A stretch of 59,380 nt of DNA from Tubiluchus corallicola (Eukaryota; Animalia; Priapulida), in contig JAQGDQ010001148.1 in NCBI GenBank assembly GCA_030141605.1, forward strand, positions 1 to 59,380, in the 5' to 3' direction. Positions 29,296 to 42,540 of this stretch are shown here, in pieces (position 1 is the stretch's first letter; each line of letters begins with the position of its first letter). A program made the position numbers and the translations under genes. The notes beneath the pieces are model-generated. The model had not been told where the DNA came from. It saw nothing but the letters and a program-made list of their open reading frames with translations, and searched no databases.

Positions 29296-31860
29296 AAGAA
29301 GCTTCGTGAATCCGCTCCAAAATATTTTTGCTAATTCCGAGATCTAGGTGCTAGAAGTTTCGTGAATCCACCCCCAGAATTTTGTGCTAATTCCGAGATC
29401 TAGGTGCTAAAAGCTTCGTTAATCCGCCCCCAGAATTTTGTGTTAATTCCGAGATCTAGGTGCTAGAAGCTTCGTGAATCCGCCCCCAGAATTTTGTACT
29501 AATTCTGAGATCTAGGTGCTAAAAGTTTCGTGAATCCGCCCCTAGAATTTTGTACTAATTCCGAGATCTAGGTGCTAGAAGTTTCGTGAACCCGCCCCTA
29601 GAATTTTGTGCTAATTCCGAGATCTAGGTGCTAGAAACTTCGTGAATCCGCCCCCAGAATTTTGTACTAATTCCGAGATCTAGGTACTACAAGTTTCGTG
29701 AACCCGCCCCCAGAATTTTGTACTAATTCCGAGATCTAGGTACTACAAGTTTCGTGAATCCGCCCCTAGAATTTTGTACTAATTCCGAGATCTAGGTACT
29801 ACAAGTTTCGGGAATCCGCCCCCAGAATTTTGTACTAATTCCGAGATCTAGGTGCTAGAAGTTTCGTGAACCCGCCCCTAGAATTTTGTACTAATTCCGA
29901 TATCTAGGTGCTAGAAGCTTCGTGAACCCGCCCCTAGAATTTTGTACTAATTCCGAGATCTAGGTGCTATAAGTTTCGGGAATCCGCCCCCAGAATTTTG
30001 TACTAATTCCGAGATCTAGGTGCTAGAAGTTTCGTGAACCCGCCCCTAGAATTTTGTGCTAATTTCGAGATCTAGGTGCTAGAAACTTCGTGAATCCGCC
30101 CCTAGAATTTTGTACTAATTCCGAGATCTAGGTGCTAGAAACTTCGTGAATCCGCCCCCAGAATTTTGTACTAATTCCGAGATCTAGGTACTAGAAGTTT
30201 CGTGAATCCGCCCCTAGAATTTTGTACTAATTCCGAGATCTAGGTACTAGAAGTTTCGTGAATCCGCCCCTAGAATTTTGTACTAATTCCGAGATCTAGG
30301 TGCTATAAGTTTCGGGAATCCGCCCCCAGAATTTTGTACTAATTCCGAGATCTAGGTGCTAGAAGCTTCGTGAATCCACCCCCAGAATTTTGTACTAATT
30401 CCGAGATCTAGGTGCTAGAAGCTTCGTGAATCCGCCCCCAGAATTTTGTGCTAATTCCGAGATCTAGGTGCTAGAAGCTTCGTGAATCCGCCCCCAGAAT
30501 TTTGTACTAATTCCGAGATCTAGGTGCTAGAAACTTCGTGAATCCGCCCCTAGAATTTTGTACTAATTCCGAGATCTAGGTACTAGAAGTTTCGTGAATC
30601 CGCCCCTAGAATTTTGTACTAATTCCGAGATCTAGGTGCTAGAAACTTCGTGAATCCGCCCCCAGAATTTTGTACTAATTCCGAGATCTAGGTACTAGAA
30701 GTTTCGTGAATCCGCCCCTAGAATTTTGTACTAATTCCGAGATCTAGGTACTAGAAGTTTCGTGAATCCGCCCCTAGAATTTTGTACTAATTCCGAGATC
30801 TAGGTACTAGAAGTTTCGTGAATCCGCCCCTAGAATTTTGTACTAATTCCGAGATCTAGGTGCTAGAAGTTTCGTGAATCCGCCCCAGAATTTGTACTAA
30901 TTCCGAGATCTAGGTGCTAGAAATTTCGTGAATCCGCCCCAGAATTTTGTGCTAATTCCGAGATCTTGGTGCTAGAAGCTTCGTGAATCCGCCCCTAGAA
31001 ATTTGTGCTAATTCCGAGATCTTGGTGCTAGAAGTTTCGTGAATCCGCCCCTAGAATTTTGTGCTAATTCCGAGATCTAGGTGCTAGAAGCTTCGTGAAT
31101 CCGCCCCTAGAATTTTGTACTAATTCCGAGATCTAGGTGCTAGAAACTTCGTGAATCCGCCCCCAGAATTTTGTACTAATTCCGAGATCTAGGTACTAGA
31201 AGTTTCGTGAATCCGCCCCTAGAATTTTGTACTAATTCCGAGATCTAGGTGCTAGAAGTTTCGTGAATCCGCCCCCAGAATTTTGTACTAATTCCGAGAT
31301 CTAGGTGCTAGAAGCTTCGTGAATCCGCCCCCAGAATTTTGTACTAATTCCGAGATCTAGGCACTAGAAGCTTCGTGAATCCGCCCCTAGAATTTTGTGC
31401 TAATTCCGAGATCTAGGCACTAGAAGCTTCGTGAATCCGCCCCTAGAATTTTGTGCTAATTCCGAGATCTAGGTGCTAGAAACTTCGTGAATCCGCCCCC
31501 AGAATTTTGTACTAATTCCGAGATCTAGGTGCTAGAAGTTTCGTGAATCCGCCCCCAGAATTTTCTACTAATTCCGAGATCTAGATGCTAGAAGCTTCGT
31601 GAATCCGCCCCCAGAAATTTGTACTAATTCCGATATCTAGGTGGTAGAAGCTTCGTGAATCCGCCCCCAGAAATTTTGTATTAATTCCAAGATCAAGGTG
31701 GTAGATGCTTCGTGAATCCGCCCCCAGAATTTTGTATTAATTCCGAGATCTAGGTGCTAGAAGCTTCGTGAATCCGCCCATAGAATTTTGTATTAATTCC
31801 AAGATCTAGGTGGTAGAAGCTTCGTGAATCCGCCCCCAGAATTTTCTGCTAATTCCGATA
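29296..31860. repeat. 56-bp minisatellite, ~46 copies
   Basis: Unit GCTTCGTGAATCCGCCCCCAGAATTTTGTACTAATTCCGAGATCTAGGTGCTAGAA, contiguous with no spacers. Confidence 0.97.
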
Positions 31861-31873
31861 TCTGTTCAAGTTT

Positions 31874-32191
31874 TAAATTTACCGCTTTGCTCAAGCATGA
31901 AAGTCGAACGTTTTGGCTCGTCACAACTTAACACATCTGAACTGAGAGGTACGACACCTGTTTTTTGTGCAATGTGTTTCCAAAGTGCAGGCACTAGTGC
32001 CAGTCTAATTAGCGAATGGCGAAATGCATGTAACAAGAAAGAACTAGTGGCACGAACGCGAAATTGTGTTTGTGTGGTTATAATTCTTTCATGTAAGTCA
32101 TTTTTGAAAAAAATAGCATGTTTCCTTTTAATATTTTAAAGAGTAGATTGTTTTGACATACAGTTTAAGATTTTGTCCGGTCTTGCTTTAA
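31874..32191. mobile_element. Dispersed repeat, Kolobok-like, copy 2
   Basis: Homologous to 19310..19630 in the same orientation; ends TCCGGTCTTGCT|TTAA. Confidence 0.65.
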
Positions 32192-32796
32192 CTTGCCCAA
32201 CAAGTGTTGAAAGGAATGTTTACGTCTGAACGCGCAATAGGTGTCAAAGTTATGTACCTTGTACAATTATGTAGCCTGACCTACAATGATGATTTTTTGG
32301 TCAAAATTGTAATGTCAGGCTGGACTGCTTTTTTCATTTTTTAAAGTTGCTCAGTTTAATTTGGATGTCAAAAAGCGTGTGATTAGATTAGATACGAAAT
32401 TCCTACAAACCTGTTAAACCCAACGTTATGGGCAAATTTGACCTTTTACCGAATGTTTATTGACCTTATCAAATTTGCAGTCAGGTCAAATGAAAGGTCA
32501 ACGAAAGGTCAAAGAGAGCATCAAATTATATATGTTTTTTATTCAGTGTGACAAAGCAAGCAATTTGATATCCATTTTTATTAGGATTCGTTCATATTTG
32601 AAATTAGGTCCCCTTTCACCTCTTTTGCCCCCTAAAAACTGATGATATTTTGAAAAGGGTAGCCCAAGCTAGATTTTTTCGATGTTCTAGTGAAACTATC
32701 ACAGAACTTTAAAATTGTTCCTCTACTAATTGAGCCGTACGTATAATAACAACAGCATTGTGCAATGCGCATGGCTTCCTACCGAAATTTTAGCTC

Positions 32797-33988
32797 AAGA
32801 CTGTAGTGCTGACCTTCCAAACAAACAGTTCTGACCGGCAGGTGGACATTCAAGACTGTAGTGCTGACCTTCTAAACAAACAGTTTTGACCGGCAGGTGG
32901 ACATTCAAGACTGTAGTGCTGACCTTCTAAACAAACAGTTCTGACCTGCAGGTGGACATTCAAGACTGTAGTGCTGACCTTCCAAACAAACAGTTTTGAC
33001 CGGCAGGTGGACATTCAAGACTGTAGTGCTGCCTTCTAAACAAACAGTTCTGACCTGCAGGTGGACATTCAAGACTGTAGTGCTGACCTTCCAAACAAAC
33101 AGTTTTGACCTGCAGGTGGACATTCAAGACTGTAGTGCTGACCTTCCAAACAAACAGTTTTGACCTGCAGGTGGACATTCCAGACTGTAGTGCTGACCTT
33201 CCAAACAAACAGTTTTGACCGGCAGGTGGACATTCAAGACTGTAGTGCTGACCTTCCAAACAAACAGTTTTGACCGGCAGGTGGACATTCAAGACTGTAG
33301 TGCTGCCTTCTAAACAAACAGTTCTGACCTGCAGGTGGACATTCAAGACTGTAGTGCTGACCTTCCAAACAAACAGTTTTGACCGGCAGGTGGACATTCA
33401 AGACTGTAGTGCTGACCTTCCAAACAAACAGTTTTGACCTGCAGGTGGACATTCCAGACTGTAGTGCCGACCTTCCAAACAAACAGTTCTGATCTGCAGG
33501 TGGACATTCAAGACTGTAGTGCTGACCTACCAAACAAACAGTTTTGACCGGCAGGTGGACATTCAAGACTGTAGTGCTGACCTTCTAAACAAACAGTTCT
33601 GAATGGCAGGTGGACATTCAAGACTGTAGTGCTGCCTTCTAAACAAACAGTTCTGACCGGCAGGTGGACATTCAAGACTGTAGTGCTGACCTTCTAAACA
33701 AACAGTTCTGACTGGCAGGTGGACATTCAAGACTGTAGTGCTGACCTTCCAAACAAACAGTTCTGATCTGCAGGTGGACATTCAAGACTGTAGTGCTGAC
33801 CTTCCAAACAAACAGTTCTGACCGGCAGGTGGACATTCAAGACTGTAGTGCTGACCTTCCAAACAAACAGTTCTGACCGGCAGGTGGACATTCAAGACTG
33901 TAGTGCTGACCTTCCAAACAAACAGTTTTGACCGGCAGGTGGACATTCAAGACTGTAGTTCTGACCTTCCAAACAAACAATTTTGACC
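32797..33988. repeat. 55-bp minisatellite, ~22 copies, some 53-bp variants
   Basis: Unit CAAGACTGTAGTGCTGACCTTCCAAACAAACAGTTTTGACCGGCAGGTGGACATT. Confidence 0.97.
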
Positions 33989-34702
33989 TTTTAAACTCCC
34001 GCGATGACCGTTAGATGCAACAATTTTGGCGATAAGTTATTTGAAACAAGTTTAGGTAACACTGAGTAAAGTTTGAAAAATAATCAGAGCGTTCGTACTG
34101 CACATATCACTAACTAAGTGAAATTTTAAATTACTGTATTTTGTCAATAAGATTAAAAATACGTTTAACAAATTTTTGAAAACATTTTAAATACTTAATA
34201 ATTTTTTCTTTTAGTGCCACAAGTTTTTCAAGCAGGTAATCGAAATGCTAAGCAATATAACTTTGCATTGAAAGTTCTTTGAGACATAATTTAAAATTGC
34301 CATTTCTTCCCCTGATATACGTTTGCGTACATGACGTCATGTAATGACGCGGTCGGAACAGTATTGCGGGAGATTTAAAATGAAAACAAACAAAAAATCC
34401 TTTCAGCGTGAATACGATATGAGCGTAAAATTGCTGTAAAGTAGTATAATTTTGTAAGGCGATTTGAAACCTACTTCAGGTACCTCTTTCCTTGTCCTTT
34501 AACTCTGTACATCCTGTTTTTTAAACCTAAGTATGTTGGTAATATCTTTTGTTACCATTCAAATCGGAGGTCAGCATGTTAAAAAAAACTTTAAATGGTT
34601 GAACACTGCTAGTCATTCACTGTAAGTTAAAATGTGATTGGCCGATGGGCACAAAAATCATATTTTTGGTATTCAGCATCAAATTTATTCAGCAATTAAT
34701 TA
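33989..34702. mobile_element. Dispersed repeat, probable non-autonomous DNA element, copy 1
   Basis: Aligns by eye with 48367..48970. Contains the inverted pair TTTTAAACTCCCGC (33989) / GCGGGAGATTTAAAA (~34366-34380). Confidence 0.7.
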
Positions 34703-35312
34703 ACTACTGATTTGCTATTTATTGATTAATTAGTGAAAACTACTTTAGGTACCTTTTTCTTGTCTTTTAAATTGATTTCTTTTCTGATTTTATTTTTTCT
34801 GTTGAGTTTTTGAAGTTTTTTGTTAAATGACACCAAGTTTCTAGATGTCATTTTCGTTCTTGCATTTGTTTGTTTGTTTGTTTGTTTGTTTGATGACATA
34901 ATCTGTAAATCAGTTTCACATTTCCACAGGTGTGAAAGTAGAATAATGTGACGAAATCAGTATAATGCAACATTTACTTTTGGTCAACATATCACCTTTG
35001 TGGGAGCTGGACGTTTTCTTAGACGCTTTGTTACTGTTTGCTAATAGTTTCTATGTCAGAACTTTCACAGGACGCTGGTTCGTTTCCTGACTTGACTAAA
35101 ATTCATAAAACGTTTTTCGAAAGATTTCAGCTATTAGATTACAACACTAAATAGATTAAGTAAACAAGTAAACTGTCTATACAAATTTTATCATTTATAC
35201 TGTGCTGTGGTTCATGTTCGTTACACTTGTTTGCACTAGATGGCAGGACCTAACAGCAATGTTTAACCTTTTTGAAACGCGAATATGTCAGCATATGATT
35301 CGTTGTTTATAA

Positions 35313-35491
35313 TGGTTTTTTAAGTGTTATGTTTGGTTTTTAAGTGTTATGTTTGGTTTTTAAGTGTTATGTTTGGTTTTTGAAGTGTTATGTTTGGTTT
35401 TTTAAGTGTTATGTTTGGTTTTTAAGTGTTATGTTTGGTTTTTTAAGTGTTATGTTTGGTTTTTAAGTGTTATGTTTGGTTTTTTAAGTGT
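35313..35491. repeat. 20-21-bp minisatellite, ~8 copies
   Basis: Unit TTAAGTGTTATGTTTGGTTT(T). Confidence 0.93.
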
Positions 35492-36129
35492 ACCAAGATG
35501 TAGGTTTTTAATCAAGTTAGCCAGTATTATAATGAAACTGTACTGAACGAAATTCAGATATTTTAATCAAAAAGTTATTGTAATTTGACAGGTGTAAACA
35601 AGTCTGGATGTACTTGAACATATTTATGATGTTATTCAGCATGCTCTTTGCACACACTTCATTTAATTTTTTTAAATAAAACAGACAGATAATGTAGAGT
35701 AGCTCTCTGTGAAATGTTGCAGAAGGTTCAATAAACTCTTGCAATTATCAACAGCATTGTGATCCAATGACAGCAAATGACATGTTAACACGTAAAGTTT
35801 GAAAACATAAAGTTTGGTGCAGTGTTGGTGCAGGATATCATTATTTATTTACTTTCACATAAATCAAATCAATTAAACTACATAATGGCAATCAGAAAAA
35901 TAACTTTCACCTGTTTTTTTTCAAGCTTCTAACATTGAAACAATTTCCTTTAATTACTGAAGTTAGAAAGAACTCCTTACAATAAACTCTCGTTAAAAAT
36001 TCTCGAATTGTTTTGAGGTATCGACCTGTTATAGACTTATACAAGGTAAACTTAAGTATGAGTCATCTAAACATTGTTCAAAGATTATAGGAGGTAATGT
36101 AATGATGTAGAATGTTATAGCTGTTACTG

Positions 36130-36189
36130 TTTGTAATACTGACGGTGAATTCATGACCGCGGTCATGAATTCACCGTCAGTATTACAAA
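36130..36189. repeat. Perfect 60-bp palindrome
   Basis: TTTGTAATACTGACGGTGAATTCATGACCG|CGGTCATGAATTCACCGTCAGTATTACAAA: 30-bp arms, no spacer. Confidence 0.97.
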
Positions 36190-36269
36190 AGATAAGAAAT
36201 TACAACATTAATTATAATTATCTGAAAACGTTAATTACAAATTGCGTACTAAGAAATTATTCTACAAAA

Positions 36270-39200
36270 TTAATTCATGTTGCTGTCAATCCAGTCTGCA
36301 AAATAAGCAACTCTTCCAAATACAGATGGAATGTGAGTGCTGGATATGCATGGTATGAATCCCCAAGACACAATGCCAATCTGAACTGGGGCGTCACCGT
36401 AGTATCGTACCATAGCTGAGCCAGAATCACCCTAAAGAAAAACAACAACATTAATATTAAATAAATGGAATTTTATGGAGTACTTGTACTTGAACCAAAC
36501 GAAAGCACGTTGTGCTGCTTTTTACTCACAGTCATAAGTCATTTATTTCACATAACACATTTACAAAAATTATATGTACAAAATATAGTGAATTGGCCTA
36601 CAATGAAATTAATACAAATTATTTTTACTGAATACGAAAAGCCTCAGACTATGTTTGCCTATATATAAATGTAAACGTGGTTACAGGCAATCAAAAAACA
36701 GGGCTTGCTAGATTATCCCACCCTGTGAAAGTAAAAGAAAATAATGAAAATAAACTGAAAATTATGAAGTGAATCGTGTGGCAAAGAAAACATTGAGTGC
36801 TTCGGAATGGAATGATATGATAAAGGGTAGAGAGTTCGTAGGTAAAATAAATTCATTAATTAATAAAAATAAAAATAGGACACACTGATTTCGTGCTTTG
36901 AGTGGACTATAACCGCAAAGGATTGCACTTTTACCTAGACCACATACCAAAGAGAAAGTTGTCGTGTTTTAAAGGAAAATGTCTAAAACGAGTATCGAAA
37001 TGTGAGCCATGTAGGATTTATACCAAAGTCGTGATCTCAAAGTTTTGTAATCGTGTCACCAAGAATTTAATTCATTCAAGAGATATCATTCAAGTAAATA
37101 AACTGTAAGAAACATTTCTTAAGTAAGACAAATTGGTAAGTGATATCATTCAAGTAAATAAACTGTAAGAAACATTTCTCAAGTAAGACAACTTGGTAAG
37201 TGATATCATTCAAGTAAATAAACTGTAAGAAACATTTCTCAAGTAAGACAACTTGGTAAGAGATATCATTCAAGTAAATAAACTGTAAGAAACATTTCTC
37301 AAGTAAGACAACTTGGTAAGAGATATCATTCAAGTAAATAAACTGTAAGAAACATTTCTCAAGTAAGACAACTTGGTAAGTGATATCATTCAAGTAAATA
37401 AACTGTAAGAAACATTTCTCAAGTAAGACAACTTGGTAAGAGATATCATTCAAGTAAATAAACTGTAAGAGACATTTCTCAAGTGAGACAACTTGGTAAG
37501 TGATATCATTCAAGTAAATAAACTGTAAGAAACATTTCTCAAGTAAGACAACTTGGTAAGTGATATCATTCAAGTAAATAAACTGTAAGAAACATTTCTC
37601 AAGTAAGACAACTTGGTAAGAGATATCATTCAAGTAAATAAACTGTAAGAGACATCTCTCAAGTAAGACAACTTGGTAAGAGATATCATTCAAGTAAATA
37701 AACTGTAAGAAACATTTCTCAAGTAAGACAACTTGGTAAGTGATATCATTCAAGTAAATAAACTGTAAGAAACATTTCTCAAGTAAGACAACTTGGTAAG
37801 AGAAATCTCCCTAGCAAATGATCTTGGTAAATAAAATACTTTCCAGGTAAACATTAGTAAGTGACATCTCCGAACGAAGTCAACATTGTAAGACGCATCT
37901 TGCAATTAAATTAAATTTATAAGCGATATCCTTGAAGTAAAGTGAATGGTGATTTTAATTCCACTGCTTGTATAAGTAAAATACAAAATAAATTAGATAA
38001 GTGTAGTGTTACTTACAGAGCAGACATCAGTGCGTCCACCTTCGTCCTCATCTTGTCCACAAACCATGTCGTCTGTAACTCTGCCATTCATTTGTGACCA
38101 ACTGTTACAGTAATCATTGCTGAGGACATGCAGTTCACCATAACGCAGTATCTGGTTGTTGCTTCCGACTAAACAAAAATGCAGAAACGATTAAGAATGA
38201 TTTTCACTCCCAAACTTCATTAACGATTCCATTTTATTAACGTATTTCATTTTAGAAGTTTAACATTGATTGTGCAATTGACTTTGTCACAAACGTGTAT
38301 CCAATGTCCATACATACATTATCCATATTCAGTTTGAAAAAGTCACATAAGCGTCGTATATGTTTTTTTCAAAATTATAGAGAAGAAAAAGCTAGATTAA
38401 CAAACTATAGCGATCGAAGTACTTACACTCTGTAGTACCCCATCCAGATACTGTAGCCTTTATGCCAACATGTTCATTCTGATTGGATGACCTGTCAATA
38501 TCTACTGGTTTAATATCATCCGAGAAAGGAATGGTTCTTGAAGTCCGCATGATAGCTACATCATTTTCGAAGGTGTTGGAATTGTAGCCTGCGTGTCTAG
38601 TGATGGATTCGATCTGAAATTTTGTTGATTGTATTTTATCTCCACAACTGTAACATCAGTGCCAAACTCACAAAAATTTCTTTACAATACCTCTTCTTTA
38701 CTCAATTATAACTATTTTCTTTACTGATAATTTTACTCAATGAGTCATGGACAATAGAGTCATAAACAACCAAAAGGCGGGACCTGCAAGCTAAACAAGC
38801 TTCACCTGGAATATATATATACATATATAACAGCTTTTACATCCAACCTTCCTTGATGTGTCACACTTGATACAAAGTAAAGTTCTCTAAACAAATTGTC
38901 ATTGATGTAACAAGAAATTTTATGAACATCAATATATCTATTTCAGATCCCTCTTCCATTCCTTATCATTTTTGAAGCCTACGCTAACACTTGTGCAAGT
39001 AAACATAATGTAGGGAAGGGAATGCAATAAAGGCATCTGTAATAATGGCACATTATATTGTGTAAGAAAAGTATATTGATATTATGGATGTGAGTAGGCA
39101 AATACAGACAGATAGGAGTGATATAATCTTTATATAACTGCAAAAAAGTATACTTACTGCTATTTCTTCACCATCAGAATCAAATCTGTTTGTCCTTCCG

Positions 39201-41698
39201 ACAGCAATGTTAAACCAACCAGGTGCGCTCTCGTACCTGTGAAAAACAAAAGCATAAACGTAAATGATCTGTATAATATTTTAAAATTTGGATGTACAGG
39301 TAGAGGCGCATTATAAAGTGTTACTAAAAAATTTATACCCCATAAAATCGAATGCAACTTTTGAAATCGATGTAATAGCGACAAATAAATTATCGATTTT
39401 TGCAAATGTTGCAGCAGATCACTGGCATTTACGATTAAAACCGATACAGAAAAATCTTTTGTGAAACGAATTCAAAGACCTCGTCAGAATCACAGCTTCT
39501 TCATAGTGTTAAGCGGAACAATGAATTCAACTGCAGCTATAATGCTAGTTAAATTAGATTATTGTACGGACATTGCTAAGAACACTTCTGTTCTGTGGCT
39601 CATCTTCGTGTATTACTCTTGACAAAGACTTAAGTTCCGGTCCCACTACAATCACTGAGAGAGATGATTCTTACGAGCTAATTAAACTGCATATTGATAT
39701 CTTTTTGGTTTTTATTAATATTAATTAGGCAGAAGCTGATATCAATCAGCAGGTAAATCTGGTTTTTTTGTTAATTCGTTCGTCTATAATGTTGTTTTTA
39801 TCAACTACATTTTCTGCCTTTTCCTTGACGCCTTTTGTAGGTTTGATGCGCAAGTTGTTTCTAAATGTTGGTAAAAATGTTGGCAAATACATTTGCTGAC
39901 TAAAACAGTTTTACAGCCACTCCTGGGAACATCTACATTTGACAGTTTCTCGCACCTTGTTTAATTCTGCAAAAGTCACATCACTGATATATATGTACGT
40001 CTAGCTGACATTGTTCACAGAAGAACAAGTTACTCCAATTTGACCCATACCCCACTCACAGAAAAGCAAGTTACCCCACACACTAAAGAACAAATTACCC
40101 CAATTTGACACTTACCCCACACATAGAAGAAAAGCTTACTTCGATTCAAACGTGCCCCACCCACAGAAGAACAAATTACTCCAGTTTAACACTTAACCAT
40201 CCCACAGAAGAACAAGTTGCTTCTATCTGGTACTTACCCGACCACACAATGAGCAGCGGTTAGAAAGTATCTGGTACTTACCCGACCACACAATGAGCAG
40301 CGGTTAGAAAGTATCTGGTACTTACCCGACCACACAATGAGCAGCGGTTAGAAAGTATCTGTCACTAATGATGGAAACGCCACATCGGAAAGAGCCAATC
40401 ATGTACATAATACCCTGAAAAGAGAATAATGTCATGTAAATTAGTTTCTTCAAGCATGCGGTAAATCAAAACCAGTTATTTTCTTCTGTATATTAGAAGC
40501 AGAGCAGCTTCCTTCACGACAGACTTCACGGCGAATGAGTCGGCCTGAAATTCACTTTTCATCAATATAGAAATAAAAAAAGAATTAATAATAAAAACGA
40601 AAATTTGACACCTTGTAATTTGGTTAAGTTCTTGGAAATTGTTGACACAAATAACTGTCAATAGTTCTTGGTATTTCTGGCAGGCCCTTGCAGACTTTAA
40701 TAGAATATATTTTAAATTTTCCAGTACTTGCAATACCTGTGGATTTCTCACCCTTAAACTGCAATGAAATTCATTTTTTATTGGTTAGAACGGGTAATTG
40801 GTCCAACTTGGTATATGTCTGTGTCTGTGTGCTTGCAAGCATTAATACTAAAATAGCCACAGAGACAAACGTTCTATTGACTTATACACAATTAACCCAT
40901 TAGTTACGTTTTTTGGCTGTCATGGGTTGTGAGTAGCATTCATACTTGAAAGGGTGTGTGCTTTTTATCCTAGGTTTGACTCGACAGCTCACCCACTCTC
41001 AGTTAGTTATGTGTTCTAGACAAATACGGACACGTGTTATTTTCAGGTTTATTAGAATTGTCATTGCATCTGTGTTTTCACTGGCATCAGTCACTTGATT
41101 TGTGTTTTTAGATATTCTAGAGTGAAATGCTCACCATGAGAAAATGTGTTGCTGGTTCCTGCTACTTACCACACAATAGATTTTCTCTGTTGAATCTTTT
41201 ACCATGGCGAGATATTTTATTTCTTAAAATTAGTTCAACAAAATGATGCTATCGTAATTATTAATATTTTTTACTTTCAAAATAAGCACATCATATAAGA
41301 ATCACAGCAGTATCTAGAAAAAGCAGACAGCCTAACGTTCTAGCGCATACTGAAGCTAAATTAACACTAAATATAATAATTATATTTATGTATGTTTTAC
41401 CATATGAGGAAATTGATCTATGGTAGCTTCCTCACCAAACATGATTCTGGTGTCATCCTTGATAACTGAAACAAAAAAACATGATACACGTGTCTATAGA
41501 TCACGTCCAGGAAAATTCCATTGAGAAACTTGACAAGCAAAGTGACAAACATCCAAAAATGTTACCTTTTTATTATGAAAGTAATTAAGAAAAATTATAC
41601 TTACAGTTTGTTGGCAACCTGTGGCCACGGCCAAAAGGTTTTGCTGGAGCGCTGTAAACAGTGGCAACAAGTGCCAGTAGAATGATTGCAGACTTCAT
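36270..41698 (-). CDS. S1A serine protease B, 7 exons, 275 aa
   Basis: Exons 41698-41605, 41465-41401, 40414-40326, 39236-39158, 38613-38427, 38168-38017, 36431-36270; all GT-AG, 828 nt in frame. Signal MKSAIILLALVATVYS, activation DDTR|IMFG, TAAHC, NDVA, TDVCS-GDSGSA, VSWGFIPC, PSVF. Catalytic triad intact. Confidence 0.93.
37081..37802. repeat. 60-bp minisatellite, 12 copies, in intron 6 of protease B
   Basis: Unit (A/T)GATATCATTCAAGTAAATAAACTGTAAGAAACATTTCTCAAGTAAGACAACTTGGTAAG, followed by decayed copies. Confidence 0.97.
40224..40361. repeat. Perfect 44-bp triplication across the exon 3/intron 3 junction of protease B
   Basis: TATCTGGTACTTACCCGACCACACAATGAGCAGCGGTTAGAAAG at 40224, 40268 and 40312, preceded by an older degenerate ~41-bp repeat at 40016-40223. 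Confidence 0.95.
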
Positions 41699-41775
41699 GT
41701 TTCTGGGAAACGTATTAACTCTTTCTCTGCTGGTCTACTACGGTGAGAGCAATTCATTAAGCTACTGACTACCTA

Positions 41776-41781
41776 TTTATA
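41776..41781 (-). promoter_or_regulatory. TATA box of protease B
   Basis: CTATAAATAG on - about 80 nt upstream of the ATG. Confidence 0.6.
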
Positions 41782-42540
41782 GTTGAACAAGTGGAAAAAA
41801 CGTGACAACTGATATCTGATTGATTGGTAATGACACAAAAAGTACATGTGAAAACACAGGTGTTACACATATTGATAGGACAGAACTAGCATCGCAAAAA
41901 TAACTGAGCTGTCTGGGTGTGTCTTTTAGCAAGTGAAATCAATCAGTTCCTGGTCAGAGCGTGGATGGGTGACAGTCGGGAAACTGTAAGGGTTATTTCA
42001 TACGCTTGCTTTTGTTTGCCTGTAGGAGAGAGAGATTGTTTGTTCAGACATATTGCTGCGCCGCTTGACTGGTTCATCTTAGAGTACCATCCATAGTAAC
42101 AAACTCAGATCAGATTAGTTTGAAGTCATAGTTTGTTTCAATGACTGATAAAACGTGCAGCATTGAAAATGTGGAATCACAAATTATGTGAAATCTCAAT
42201 AACTGACAGAGTTTATGATGAGAACAAACATGTGCGTTAGTGCGATTAGTGAAAAATCAATGACGTGATAACACTTTAATTTGTGATGAGGCAAAACCTT
42301 GAACACGAGAAACACCTGTCCCATTCACACCTGTTGTTTGCCAGAAAATAATCAGGTGTATTTCTTCTCATAGTTTTTTTTGGTCTGATGGGCAGTTTTA
42401 AATGAGGCAATTAAGTTAATATTCAATTTTATTAGTAACCAAATTAAGTTTAATGTTATTTTTCTTCAAAGAACTTTCAATCTAATTTTTGCAGAATTAG
42501 ATTTGCAGAAGAGAAGTATTCCATGCAGTATAATCTAGGG

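Noticed and set aside
29296-33988. CRISPR-like appearance of the 56-bp and 55-bp arrays
   Set aside because: Units are contiguous with no unique spacers, there are no cas genes, and the context is eukaryotic.
37076-37753. 225-aa repetitive ORF on -
   Set aside because: Translation of the intronic 60-bp minisatellite; protease B splices in frame without it.
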